Below are positions 10,489 to 20,243 of a stretch of DNA of 44,505 nucleotides, in pieces. Origin of the DNA: Corynebacterium sp. (GTDB lineage Bacteria > Actinomycetota > Actinomycetes > Mycobacteriales > Mycobacteriaceae); NCBI GenBank assembly GCA_041830435.1, contig JBHAQQ010000095.1, positions 1-44,505 of the forward strand, written 5' to 3'. How positions within the stretch are numbered: position 1 is the stretch's first letter; each line of letters begins with the position of its first letter. The position numbers were made by a program, and so were the translations under genes. The notes under the pieces are model-generated. The model did no database searches, had not been told where the DNA came from, and worked only from the letters and a program-made list of their open reading frames with translations.

Positions 10489-11256
10489 TTATTTCCCAAA
10501 CCTGCGGTGGCGCTTTGAGTAGTCCCGCAGTGCCCGGAGGAAATCCACTCGCCGAAATGCCGGCCAATACGTTTCGGTAAACCAAATCTCCGAATAAGCC
10601 GACTGCCACAACAGGAAACCGCTGAGTCGCTGTTCCCCGGATGTACGAATCACCAAATCCGGATCAACCTGGCCAGAGGTGTAGAGATGATTACCAATCG
10701 CTTCGGCACTGATGTGCTTACTCATCTCTTCGGCTGGAATTCCCTGGTCGGCAAATTGCTCCACCATATCTGTCACCGCCGAGACAATTTCCTGGCGACC
10801 ACCATAACCAACGGCCACATTCACCGTCACACCGGTATGTGCACTGGTCAGCGCAGCGTTTTCCTGCAACCGAACCTGCATTGCCTCTGGGAGCAAATCC
10901 AGCTGCCCCAGCAACTTCAAACGGAAACCGGCTGGATGATGGGATAGTTCCTCCGCAACATCTCCAATAATGGTGCACAACAAGGCCAACTCTTCCGGCT
11001 CTCGGCTGAGATTCTCCGTGGACAACAAGTACACCGTGACCGTTTCCACACCTAATTCATCACACCAAGTGCACACTTCCGCGATTTTCGCCGCCCCAAC
11101 CCGGTGCCCGTGGGACACATCGGCAAAGCCATTTTCCTTTGCCCACCGGCGGTTACCATCCGCCATAATCGCAATGTGCTTCGGCACCGCTACCCCAGCC
11201 AATTCTTTCATCAGGCGGGCTTCATAGACGGGGTACAAGAAATCTGGGAGCTTCAT
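10489..11256 (-). CDS. uppS: cis-isoprenyl diphosphate synthase (short-chain, Rv1086-like)
   Basis: HIAIMADGNRRWA, LSTENL, GYGGRQEI, RTSGEQRLSGFLLWQS. Confidence 0.93.
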   Translation of the reverse strand: MKLPDFLYPVYEARLMKELAGVAVPKHIAIMADGNRRWAKENGFADVSHGHRVGAAKIAEVCTWCDELGVETVTVYLLSTENLSREPEELALLCTIIGDVAEELSHHPAGFRLKLLGQLDLLPEAMQVRLQENAALTSAHTGVTVNVAVGYGGRQEIVSAVTDMVEQFADQGIPAEEMSKHISAEAIGNHLYTSGQVDPDLVIRTSGEQRLSGFLLWQSAYSEIWFTETYWPAFRRVDFLRALRDYSKRHRRFGK

Positions 11257-11280
11257 GGCTCGTCCCTGCTGATCCTTCGA

Positions 11281-11718
11281 TTATTGTTCTTCGTGCTCAG
11301 ACGACTGCTTCTGCGCTGCAGCGCGTTCCGCATCGATTGCAGCTGGCCCCTTCAAGGTACCGGAAGCTGGCGTGAATCGATCACCCAAATCCGCCACCTC
11401 AGTGCGCGCATACATCACACCCTTTGCACCCTTCCCCCCACGAGTCTCTTCAAAGCCCACCTCCCGCATTTTCGCTTCCAAGGCAGCGGCGTCGAAAAGA
11501 TCAATCCCGTATTGCTCCGCAAACGCCCGACGCCGCTCCATACGGCGAATGCGCTTATTCATGCTAAAGCCCAGCAACAGCACCACAAGGAGCAAAATCA
11601 CCACGATGAACAACCCCATCGGCGCAGCTTTGCCAAACTCCGGCCCCATTGGGCCCTGGTGACTCTGATCCTGCGCAAACAACATCAGCGCATCAAACAT
11701 GGGAACACTCCTTGCCAT
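11281..11718 (-). CDS. Conserved single-TM membrane protein downstream of mca
   Basis: GPEFGKAAPMGL followed by a TM segment and a basic stretch; position between mca and uppS. Confidence 0.8.
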   Translation of the reverse strand: MARSVPMFDALMLFAQDQSHQGPMGPEFGKAAPMGLFIVVILLLVVLLLGFSMNKRIRRMERRRAFAEQYGIDLFDAAALEAKMREVGFEETRGGKGAKGVMYARTEVADLGDRFTPASGTLKGPAAIDAERAAAQKQSSEHEEQ

Positions 11719-11812
11719 AACAACATTTCACCCTCGCAGGGCTATCGGCCAAGGCTCCAAGCCACCACACACAACTTCATGCGATAACTTGTAACAAACC
11801 TCATAACCGACA

Positions 11813-12760
11813 CTACAGACCTGCAAACAAGTCCGTCTCATACGCTTCACTGTACTGTGCAGGCACACCGAAGTGCGAACGGACAAGCTCAAACTCCTCG
11901 GTTGGCCAAACCCGCTGCTGAATCTCCACCGGACAAAACAAAAACGGCCCTTCCGGATCAATCTGCGTACCATGCGCCCGCAGTGCATCATCCCGACGCT
12001 CAAACCACGGCGCCACCGGCACCCGCGTCGTAATACGGTCATCAACCTGGTGAACGAGCGACCATTGCTGCAACGTCTGCCGAATATCGTCCCCCACAAC
12101 CATTCCGCAGCGTTCCATTTCCGCAATCAACATCTGGAACCGCCGAGGCACAAACCCATGGGTGTAATACACCTTCGGCACCGACCAAATCTGCCCCAAC
12201 TCCGGTTGGTACGTTTCGTCCGCTGCCAAATCAACTGCCAACATACTCGCCTCGTGCACTAGCAAATGATCCGGATGGGGATACCCACCGCGCTCGTCAT
12301 ACGTCACCACAACATGGGGCTGAAACTCACGAATAATGCGCACCAAACGGCACGCCACCTGCTCCGCCGGCTCATGGGCAAAACACTCCGGAGGTAACGG
12401 CGGCAACGGATCTCCTTCCGGCAAACCCGAATCGACATACCCCAACCACTCATGTTCAATCCCCAAAATCTGCGCGGCTTTCATCATTTCCTGCCGGCGG
12501 ACCAGACGCATCCACGCCAAACGGTCCAGCTCCGAATACAAACTCAGACCTTCGAAATCGTCAAATCCTCCCACCTCACCCGGCACGGAATACATCGGGT
12601 TCAATATGTCACCGCGTTCCCCTCCCGTGCAGGTCACCACCTTCACGCGATGCCCTTCATCCACGTAGCGCGCCATGGTTGCCGCCCCCTTCGACGACTC
12701 GTCATCCGGATGGGCATGAATCGCCAACAGCCGGTAACTCGGCGATGAAGGACTGGTCAT
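11813..12760 (-). CDS. mca: Mycothiol conjugate amidase
   Basis: HAHPDDESSKGAAT, CTGGERG, GGYPHPDH; GGAGGGAG RBS. Confidence 0.95.
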   Translation of the reverse strand: MTSPSSPSYRLLAIHAHPDDESSKGAATMARYVDEGHRVKVVTCTGGERGDILNPMYSVPGEVGGFDDFEGLSLYSELDRLAWMRLVRRQEMMKAAQILGIEHEWLGYVDSGLPEGDPLPPLPPECFAHEPAEQVACRLVRIIREFQPHVVVTYDERGGYPHPDHLLVHEASMLAVDLAADETYQPELGQIWSVPKVYYTHGFVPRRFQMLIAEMERCGMVVGDDIRQTLQQWSLVHQVDDRITTRVPVAPWFERRDDALRAHGTQIDPEGPFLFCPVEIQQRVWPTEEFELVRSHFGVPAQYSEAYETDLFAGL

Positions 12761-12868
12761 AACGAGAAACTCCCTCCTGGGAATTTGCGGAACAGGTGAG
12801 GGCCGATCAGCCTAAGGTGCCACGAGGAATCCTAGGTTGACCACCATTTGAGTTAAGCTAAACGTATC

Positions 12869-13300
12869 ATGAATGCCCAACAGACCTCTGCCGCACCAAG
12901 TGCCCAATACCGCAAGCGCAACAATGGCACCTTCGCCGGAAAACTCATGGCGGTAATTTTTGCGATCATCATGATTGCTGTTGGCGTTTATATGGTGCAG
13001 ATGTTCCGACAAGTGTCCGCTGTTGACGTGGAAGCAGTAGAAACCGGTGGCACCGTCATCTCCGACAATGAACTCCAAGCAACGGTAGACATCACGCGGG
13101 ACGACACCAGCAAACCAGCGTATTGCATCATCTACGCCCTTGATTACAACAAGGCTGAAGTTGGGCGCCGTGAATTGGTTATTCCTGCTGGTGGAGAACG
13201 CGTCCAACGGGTGGAATTCACCATGCCAACGTTTGCCCGTGCGCACGCCGCGCAAGTCTATGGCTGCTCTACCGTGGTTCCACCTCACCTGAGTATGTAA
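12869..13300 (+). CDS. DUF4307-like membrane-anchored protein
   Basis: N-terminal TM, CIIYALDY..AEVGRRE, YGCS; mca/greA synteny. Confidence 0.85.
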   Translation: MNAQQTSAAPSAQYRKRNNGTFAGKLMAVIFAIIMIAVGVYMVQMFRQVSAVDVEAVETGGTVISDNELQATVDITRDDTSKPAYCIIYALDYNKAEVGRRELVIPAGGERVQRVEFTMPTFARAHAAQVYGCSTVVPPHLSM

Positions 13301-13399
13301 CACTCACCTGGGAAGCTACGTGCTTTGCTCACGTGTAAGGGTTCCACATGCTTCACCTGATGCGGCGCGACTAGCGCCGCATTTGTTAGTATTTGGGGC

Positions 13400-13921
13400 A
13401 TGTCTGAGAATCACACCAACTGGCTCACCCAAGAGTCCTATGACCGCCTGCACCAGGAATTGGTGGCATTGAAGGAAAACCGCCCAGTGTTGGCGGCGGA
13501 AATTAACGAACGCCGCGAAGAAGGCGACTTGAAGGAAAATGGTGGCTACCATGCCGCTCGCGAACAGCAGGGCCAAGAGGAAGCTCGTATCGCGTACCTT
13601 GAAGAGCTGCTGGAGAACGCCACCATCGGCGAAGCTCCAATGGAGTCTGGTGTGGCACTCGTAGGTACCGTTGTGCACGTGTACTACGACGATGACAAGG
13701 ACGATACCGAAACCTTCTTGATCGGCACCCGTGGCCTGGAATCCTCCAACCCTGACCTCGAAACCTACTCGACTGATGCTCCACTCGGTGCTGCGTTGGT
13801 TGGTGCAAAGGAAGGCGAGTCTCGCGAGTACTCTACTCCAAATGGCGACACCGTAAAGGTGACCTTGGTTAAGGCAGAGCCATACGACCCAGATCGTGAC
13901 GTTCCGCGCTCCCAGCAATAG
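13400..13921 (+). CDS. greA: Transcription elongation factor GreA
   Basis: [27 protein letters not shown]; -10 TAGTAT 7 nt upstream. Confidence 0.97.
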   Translation: MSENHTNWLTQESYDRLHQELVALKENRPVLAAEINERREEGDLKENGGYHAAREQQGQEEARIAYLEELLENATIGEAPMESGVALVGTVVHVYYDDDKDDTETFLIGTRGLESSNPDLETYSTDAPLGAALVGAKEGESREYSTPNGDTVKVTLVKAEPYDPDRDVPRSQQ

Positions 13922-14018
13922 CTCCCAGCAGTCACGCAATTGGGCTCAACGTTTCGTCTCCCTAATGGGAATGCCCAAATGTGAAAGTTCAAACGTGAAC
14001 GCCCTAATGGGATCAAGG

Positions 14019-14058
14019 AAAACGCGGGTTGAGGACATACATCCTCAACCCGCGTTTT
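14019..14058. terminator. Bidirectional intrinsic terminator
   Basis: AAAACGCGGGTTGAGGA-6nt-TCCTCAACCCGCGTTTT between convergent genes. Confidence 0.88.
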
Positions 14059-14098
14059 GCGTTTGCTACTCCCTCGTTGCTTCCGAGGGTTGATTGCG

Positions 14099-14989
14099 TT
14101 ATTCGCTGCGCAGAATTGCCAGCAGACGCAGAATTTCGGTGTAGAGCCATACCAAGGTGATGGCCAGGCCCATTGCTACACCCCACGCCATCTTGGATGG
14201 TGCGCCTGCACGAACCAGCTTGTCTGCTTGGTCGAAGTCCAGCATGAAGCTCATTGCTGCAAGACCAATGCAAACCAAGGAGAACAAGATTGCCAACGGT
14301 CCACCATCGCGCAGCGGACCAGCGCTACCACCGATCAAGCCAATGACCAGGTTACCCAGTGCCAAAACCATCACACCGATCAGTGCGGCAACCATGAAGC
14401 GAGTAAACTTCGGGGTAACTCGGATAGCACCCGTCTTGTAGACAAAGAGCATGCCAACGAACACACCGATGGTGCCAAGCACAGCCTGTGCGATCAGCGC
14501 GCCAGCATCGGCACCGCCCACGTACGTGCCAGCAATGAGGAAGCTGAAACCGCCAACAAACAAGCCCTCAAACGCGGCGTAGACCAAAGTAACAACCGGG
14601 GAACCGTACTTCTTGCCGAACGAGGAAATCAATACGGCAATCAGTCCACCAATCATGCCCACAAACGTCAGCAGCATGCCCAAAGCTGGATTCGTTACGG
14701 ATACGCCGTAAGAAAGCACTGCGCCGGCAATGATCACTGCCAAGACGATTGCCGTCTTCGAAACAATATCGTCGATGGTGATCGGACGGTCAGCCGCACC
14801 CGCTTGGCGGTAGTTGGCTGCCTGTTCCATTCCATATTGGTGGGCAGCAGTGGCAACTCCTCCACGTGCGGAAGCATATGGGTTCTCCGGTGCTGCCATG
14901 CCGGAATTGTGTTGCGCTGGTGAGCCAAACGGATTTTGCTGCACCTGCGAATTGGTCAGCGAGCCCATAAATGGGTTCGAGCTCTTCAT
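14099..14989 (-). CDS. Bax inhibitor-1/YccA family membrane protein
   Basis: SSNP start, ITIDDIVSKT, YAAFEG, LDFD, TLVWLYTEILRLL; AAGGAG RBS. Confidence 0.9.
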   Translation of the reverse strand: MKSSNPFMGSLTNSQVQQNPFGSPAQHNSGMAAPENPYASARGGVATAAHQYGMEQAANYRQAGAADRPITIDDIVSKTAIVLAVIIAGAVLSYGVSVTNPALGMLLTFVGMIGGLIAVLISSFGKKYGSPVVTLVYAAFEGLFVGGFSFLIAGTYVGGADAGALIAQAVLGTIGVFVGMLFVYKTGAIRVTPKFTRFMVAALIGVMVLALGNLVIGLIGGSAGPLRDGGPLAILFSLVCIGLAAMSFMLDFDQADKLVRAGAPSKMAWGVAMGLAITLVWLYTEILRLLAILRSE

Positions 14990-15217
14990 TGTTTCTCCTT
15001 ATGAAAATGGTGGTTCAATGAGCTTTGCGTTTCATCCTACCAACGAGTGATGGGTTGAGTTTGTTCCCGAACGTGACAATTGGCCGGCCGCCGACCTCTC
15101 CGCCCCCCGCTGCGGGGCCGCAAGCTACAGAACGCCTGCCAATTTGGTGGCGAAGAATTCCGGGTATTTGGGCTGATTTGATCCATAAACATATCCATTT
15201 TGGTAGTCTGCAAAACC

Positions 15218-16816
15218 ATGAACAACATTCTGAAGAAGCGACTCGCAGTTGGCCCACTTCCGGCTGATTTGCAAGAGGAATTGCGTCGAATTTCTGGTAA
15301 TGCCCGGGTTGCCCCTCAGCGTAAGCTCGACCCGGAGGGTGCCGTGCTCCGCATCGAAGCTCCTTTTACTGGGGAAGAGATCGGCTGGGTTGCCAGCGGT
15401 ACTGCTGAGGATGTTGAGGCTGCGTTTGCCGTCGCCCGTCGCGCTCAGCAAACGTGGCAGCACGTGTCCTTTGCTGAACGCAAGCGGATTTTCTTGCGCT
15501 TCCACGATTTGATTTTGAAAAATCGTGAACTCATGGCGGACATGATCCAGTTGGAAACCGGTAAGGCACGGTTTTCTGCTTTCGATGAAATTCTGGATGT
15601 TGCAAACAATGCTCGGTACTACGCGAAGCACGTCGAGGAGTTCATGACACCGAAGCGTCGCGCCGCTGCCCTCCCGGTGCTGATTAAGTCGCGTGAGCAC
15701 CGTCAACCGTTGGGTGTGGTGGGGCAAATTTCGCCGTGGAATTACCCGCTGTCGTTGTCAATTGGTGACGCAATCCCAGCGTTGCTCGCCGGTAATGCGG
15801 TGGTTGCGAAACCGGATTCCAACACCCCGTTCACGGCTCTCCTCGCCTTCAAATTCTTGTTCGACGCCGGCCTGCCGCGCGATTTGGTCCAGTTGGTGAC
15901 CGGTTCCGGTCGTGTCGTTGGTACCGCAATTGCGGAGCAATGTGATTTCCTCATGTTCACCGGTTCCACCGCCACTGGCAAGGTGCTGGGTGAAACCATG
16001 GGCCGTCGACTGGTGGGATACTCGGCAGAGCTGGGCGGCAAGAACCCGCTCATCGTGACCAATGACGCTGATATGGCGTACACCGTCCGTGGTGCAGTGG
16101 ATGCCTGTTTTGCGAACTCTGGCCAGCTTTGCGTGTCCATTGAGCGTATCTATGTGGAACAGGCTTCCTATGAAGAGTTTGTTGCTCGTTTCGGCGATGC
16201 GGTGAAGGCCATGTCGTTGGGTCCAGGTTTTGAACCGGAGGTGCACATGGGGTCGCTGGCAAGCCAAGACCAGCTCGATACGGTCACCATGTATGTCGAC
16301 GACGCCGTTGCAAAGGGTGCTCGGGTGGTAGCTGGTGCTCGTCCGCGCCCAGACTTGGGTCCATACTTCTACGAACCAACCGTTCTTGCTGATGTCCCCG
16401 AAGATGCGCGTCTGCGGACCGAAGAAGTGTTCGGCCCAGTGGTGTTCATCGAACCAGTCAAGGACCAATTGGAAGCAATTGAAAAGGCGAATAACACCAG
16501 CTACGGTTTGAACGCCTCTGTCTTCGCCAAGCCAGAAACTGGCTGGCGCATCGCGGCCCAAATCCAATCCGGTTCTGTTGCCATCAACGATGGCTACACC
16601 TCTGCTTGGGCGGCTATTGATAACCCAATGGGTGGTATGAAGGAATCTGGCATGTCCCATCGCCACGGCGAAGAAGGCATGACCAAGTACACTGCTTCCC
16701 AAAATATCTCCGAGCAGCGATACATGTACTTCCGCGGTCCTGAATGGATGAGCAAGAAGTTGTATTCCAATGTGATGGCCAACGCCATGCTCATTGGCAA
16801 GCGTTTCCTACCGTAA
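15218..16816 (+). CDS. gabD: Aldehyde dehydrogenase, succinate-semialdehyde dehydrogenase-like
   Basis: ISPWNYP, FTGST, ELGGKN, NSGQLC, EEVFGP; start placed at ATG 15218; substrate inferred. Confidence 0.8.
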   Translation: MNNILKKRLAVGPLPADLQEELRRISGNARVAPQRKLDPEGAVLRIEAPFTGEEIGWVASGTAEDVEAAFAVARRAQQTWQHVSFAERKRIFLRFHDLILKNRELMADMIQLETGKARFSAFDEILDVANNARYYAKHVEEFMTPKRRAAALPVLIKSREHRQPLGVVGQISPWNYPLSLSIGDAIPALLAGNAVVAKPDSNTPFTALLAFKFLFDAGLPRDLVQLVTGSGRVVGTAIAEQCDFLMFTGSTATGKVLGETMGRRLVGYSAELGGKNPLIVTNDADMAYTVRGAVDACFANSGQLCVSIERIYVEQASYEEFVARFGDAVKAMSLGPGFEPEVHMGSLASQDQLDTVTMYVDDAVAKGARVVAGARPRPDLGPYFYEPTVLADVPEDARLRTEEVFGPVVFIEPVKDQLEAIEKANNTSYGLNASVFAKPETGWRIAAQIQSGSVAINDGYTSAWAAIDNPMGGMKESGMSHRHGEEGMTKYTASQNISEQRYMYFRGPEWMSKKLYSNVMANAMLIGKRFLP

Positions 16817-16835
16817 CGATTCACGGATAGCTGTC

Positions 16836-16861
16836 AGGCCCCAGGTTTCAACTTGGGGCCT
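16836..16861. terminator. Hairpin between convergent genes
   Basis: AGGCCCCAGGT-ttca-ACTTGGGGCCT. Confidence 0.7.
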
Positions 16862-16887
16862 TGCTTGTACCATTCGCCAGTCCTTGC

Positions 16888-17778
16888 CTACAGCAAGGCA
16901 ACGCCGTGCAGGATACTTGCCAGCGCTGTTTGCGTCGACTCTACAAGTTTGCTGGCACTGATCGGCGCGCAACCATAAGGGGTTTCGGCAGCTAATCGTG
17001 CTGCCCGTGCGTGGGTAACAACAGCTGCAACAGCTACTTCCAGAAGTGAACTGCCCTCACCAGCTGCTGCGGCAAAAGCGCCGAGCAGACCGCTAAGCAC
17101 ATCACCAGAACCGGGAGTTGCTAACCAACCACTCCCCACATCCACCATCACTGCTTCACCTCCGGGATCAACAATGACCGTTTCACGGCCTTTGAGCAGT
17201 ACGCATGTTCCAAGCTCCTGGGCTACTAACTGCACGTCACGGATGCGTTCTGCTCGCCCAGCCCATTGCGCACCCTCCGTTCCACGGATGCGGGCAAATT
17301 CTGCCTCATGGGGAGTGAGAATTGTCTGCAGTCCAGCGTCGCTACGTTGAATCAAGGTAGAGGTACATTCTGGGTCTGAGGCAATGAGGCTGAGGGCGTC
17401 GGCGTCGAGAATGAGTGGCGCACGCAGCGTGAAAAGCTGCAACAATTCTTCACGAGACGCGATGTCCGTACCCCGCCCTGGGCCGTGCACCCATGCGTCC
17501 GGGCGTGGCACAATTTCCGATGAATGCAGCACCTCCGGAGCGGTGGCGAAGGCCTGCGGAATTCGAACCCCAATAACCGCCCCATTCGACGCCGCAACAG
17601 CAGCCGCGACCGCCAGATGCCCCGCACCCGGATATGCTGTACTACCGGCACAAACCCCGACTGTGCCGATGCTGTATTTATGATCATTCGCTCCCGGCTC
17701 ACCGGGCACCCAACGCCGAAACCGATCAGGAAGAACGGCAAAAGCGTGAATCACATCTACCGAATGAGCAGCATTCAT
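16888..17778 (-). CDS. nnrD: ADP/ATP-dependent NAD(P)H-hydrate dehydratase (YjeF-C domain only)
   Basis: HKYSIG, GSTAYPGA, LDADAL, LTPHEAEF, LLKG, GSGDVLSG; AGGAG RBS. Confidence 0.88.
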   Translation of the reverse strand: MNAAHSVDVIHAFAVLPDRFRRWVPGEPGANDHKYSIGTVGVCAGSTAYPGAGHLAVAAAVAASNGAVIGVRIPQAFATAPEVLHSSEIVPRPDAWVHGPGRGTDIASREELLQLFTLRAPLILDADALSLIASDPECTSTLIQRSDAGLQTILTPHEAEFARIRGTEGAQWAGRAERIRDVQLVAQELGTCVLLKGRETVIVDPGGEAVMVDVGSGWLATPGSGDVLSGLLGAFAAAAGEGSSLLEVAVAAVVTHARAARLAAETPYGCAPISASKLVESTQTALASILHGVALL

Positions 17779-18094
17779 AGACTCCTACCTTCCGTTAGCT
17801 GGGTGTACACACGCCCTGGTTGCTGATAGTCCCACGTCACTGGAACCGGCTCCAGGGAACCATATTCCGTAACATCTAAACAAACTTCAAACAGCTTTAG
17901 ACCAGAGCACTTTCGAGGAAACAAACAAGCTACAACCGAAACGATAGTGCAGAGAAAACTGGGTTAAGTAGCAAAAGCATGTCCGGCCAACCCGCATCCC
18001 CCAGATCACACTGAAAACACGAGGTTTATAAACCACCTTTAACAACTCAATACCACCACCCACACCCTGCCTGCGTTAACAACACAGGGATTGC

Positions 18095-18380
18095 TCACTC
18101 CTTGAACACAAACAGCCCCCATGCCCAACTCTGCATGCCGGCAGCTACACCTGCAAGAAGGTTACACAAGTAAGCGCGGGTTCCACTGTTTACTGCAGCA
18201 GAGGCCATCATCCGCTGTGCCATCGGGAGTGATTATGTGATCAGTGCTTGTGCCATTCACTGAGACAGAGGTGCGGGTAACGGAGGTTGCATTCTGCGCA
18301 ATGGCAACCCCGCCGCTTGTAAAAGCAATGACGGAAGCAATGGGCAAGGCAAGCGCTCTTGCCAGGATTTTCCTCTGCAA
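18095..18380 (-). pseudogene. Probable frameshifted secreted peptide/bacteriocin-like precursor
   Basis: AAGGAAG RBS plus TTG; signal peptide MQRKILARALALPIASVIAFTSGGVAIA/Q; a second frame (18211-18095) reads MMASAAVNSGTRAYLCNLLAGVAAGMQSWAWG. Confidence 0.5.
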
Positions 18381-18453
18381 CTTAAACTTCCTTAGGCAGG
18401 GTGAATAGTATTGTCTCGCCTAGCCATTTTCAACATATCCCTAAAGGTTTGTC

Positions 18454-18777
18454 ATGGAAAAGAATATTCTTGTTGCAGGAATCCTAATCCTAGCCCTGGG
18501 CGCGGCCCTTTTTGCAGTAGGAAGCACAACCGCTGGAATTCTTGTTTTGACCGTTGGCTCCGTCGACTCTCTAGCGGTTATCTTCTGGCCTCAGCTGACT
18601 AAGACACCTTCGCGGCGGAATGACTATTCTCTCGGCAACCAAGTATTGGATACTCTCTTTATTGTCAGCGGCGTTGCTCTCACCGCTACTACCGAAATGT
18701 TTGTTTTCCTAGCTCTGATAGTGTGCGGAATAGCTTCTTTGGTCTATCGCTATCGGCAGGACACAGCAGTAGCCTAG
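18454..18777 (+). CDS. Small ~4-TM membrane protein (immunity-like)
   Basis: 107 aa, four hydrophobic stretches, AAAGG RBS, T-rich codon usage unlike core genes. Confidence 0.7.
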   Translation: MEKNILVAGILILALGAALFAVGSTTAGILVLTVGSVDSLAVIFWPQLTKTPSRRNDYSLGNQVLDTLFIVSGVALTATTEMFVFLALIVCGIASLVYRYRQDTAVA

Positions 18778-18982
18778 GCGTAGTCAAAGGTCACTAGTTG
18801 ATACACGCCAGCGCTCCGCACCCTGCAACTGATCCAAGCACAGCGTAGGAAAGCAAAATGACCTGGTGCGCTTTGTATACCTTTGCCATACCTGCTGATT
18901 GTGGGATGTTTGCGCTGTTCGTGGGCTGTTTTCACCGGCGTTAGCACTTGTGCTATTAAGGCCTAATATGGTGGTATTTGGT

Positions 18983-19010
18983 GCCGCATGTCGTGGAATT
19001 GTCGTGGAAT
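18983..19010. repeat. Putative integrase arm-type site (tandem TGTCGTGGAAT) next to tRNA-Leu
   Basis: GCCGCATGTCGTGGAATTGTCGTGGAAT, 25/28 identical to 29183-29210. Confidence 0.65.
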
Positions 19011-19059
19011 ACGGTTTAATTAGGGGGCTTTTTATGGCCTGAACTGCGGTTATATGTTG

Positions 19060-19133
19060 TCCCCCCAGTCGGACTCGAACCGACACTGAATGGATTTTAA
19101 GTCCACTGCCTCTGCCAATTGGGCTATAGGGGG
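19060..19133 (-). tRNA. tRNA-Leu(TAA), 74 nt, short variable loop
   Basis: Acceptor CCCCCTA/TGGGGGG, anticodon arm GTGGA-CTTAAAA-TCCAT, T-arm GTCGG-TTCGAGT-CCGAC; CCA not encoded. Confidence 0.96.
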
Positions 19134-19140
19134 CGGTTGC

Positions 19141-20136
19141 TTACGCGTTGCGCGCAATTACCTCTGCGAGAATACCATCTAGGATATCTTTTTCGCTTAT
19201 TGAAATTGTTTGCAGCCCGTGGCGCTCGAGACGCTTCGTAAACGCCTCCACCACGATAGCGCCGCCGCCGATCACATCGGCTCGCCCTGGATGCATCGGG
19301 CCAAATCCCAATCGTTCCTCAGGCGTTTTCCACAGCAAGTCCAGTGCGGTTGAACGCAATTCTTCCAGCGTCATTTGGTGCATGTGGATCCGATCCCGAT
19401 CGTATTCCTCGAGTCCTTGGGCAAGAGCACAGAGCGTTGTCATTGTGCCTGCAACTCCAATGACGCTGCGTACGCGTTGAAAATCTACTCGTGCCTCAAC
19501 TTCATCCATCAGCGTTTCCACCATGGCCCGTGCTTCCGCCACTTCCGCTTCGGTTGGTGGTTGGTGGGTGAGGAACCGTTCCGTGAGCCTCACGCACCCC
19601 ATGTTCGCGGAGAAGGCCTGGGCTTGGTTGGTGTTACCATCGATGACGAATTCGGTGGAACCTCCGCCTAGGTCGATCACCAGGATTCCCTCTGCCGCGG
19701 AGGCCGCTGTGGAGTCCGCCGCGGAGTTTGTTGTATCGGCGGCGTGGAAATCCATGACTGCGCCGGCGAACGACAGGCGGGCTTCTTCCTCGCCGGTGAT
19801 TACCTGTGCGTGAGCACCTGGGCGAATTTCACTGAGCAGGGCATCCGTCATTGCAAAGAAGGCTTCACGGTTGCCGGCGTCGCGAGTCGCGCTGGTTGCT
19901 CCCATCATCACATCGACAACGCCGTATTCCTGCATCCGCTCGACATAGGTTCGTAGCGCCGCTTCGACGCGTGCGAGTGCGTCTGGGTGGAAATTGCCGG
20001 TTTCATCCACACCTTGGCCAAGTCGAACGATGATGTTGTCGCGGTCGAGTTCCGTGACGGTACCGTCGTGGTTGACTTCTGCGATGAGCAGACGGATGGA
20101 GTTGGTTCCGCAGTCAATGGCAGCGTAGCGGCTCAT
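19141..20136 (-). CDS. ppx: Ppx/GppA family exopolyphosphatase
   Basis: AIDCGTNSIRL, ATSATRDA, IDLGGGSTE, GVAGT, GRADVI. Confidence 0.93.
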   Translation of the reverse strand: MSRYAAIDCGTNSIRLLIAEVNHDGTVTELDRDNIIVRLGQGVDETGNFHPDALARVEAALRTYVERMQEYGVVDVMMGATSATRDAGNREAFFAMTDALLSEIRPGAHAQVITGEEEARLSFAGAVMDFHAADTTNSAADSTAASAAEGILVIDLGGGSTEFVIDGNTNQAQAFSANMGCVRLTERFLTHQPPTEAEVAEARAMVETLMDEVEARVDFQRVRSVIGVAGTMTTLCALAQGLEEYDRDRIHMHQMTLEELRSTALDLLWKTPEERLGFGPMHPGRADVIGGGAIVVEAFTKRLERHGLQTISISEKDILDGILAEVIARNA

Positions 20137-20164
20137 GTTGGTTCTCTGTTCTCGCTGTGTTGAG

Positions 20165-20204
20165 GGGTTGCAGGGTTGCGGTGTTGCAGGGTTGCGTGGT
20201 TGCG
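20165..20204. repeat. Degenerate 8-bp tandem repeat (nnGTTGCR), 5 copies
   Basis: GGGTTGCA GGGTTGCG GTGTTGCA GGGTTGCG TGGTTGCG in the DUF501-ppx spacer. Confidence 0.8.
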
Positions 20205-20243
20205 GTGGTAGGGATGTTGGTGTCGACTCAATCGCGGCGGGGG

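Noticed and set aside
16888-17778. nnrD as a truncated remnant of an nnrE-nnrD fusion
   Set aside because: It has its own RBS and all dehydratase motifs, and I saw no epimerase remnant upstream; stand-alone NnrD is common.
17826-18016. Second att copy of the tRNA-Leu 3' end (GTCCCACGTCACTGGAACC near 17829; TCCCCCAGATCACACTGAA near 17997)
   Set aside because: Only short gapped resemblance, compatible with chance; the left boundary of the islet stays undefined.
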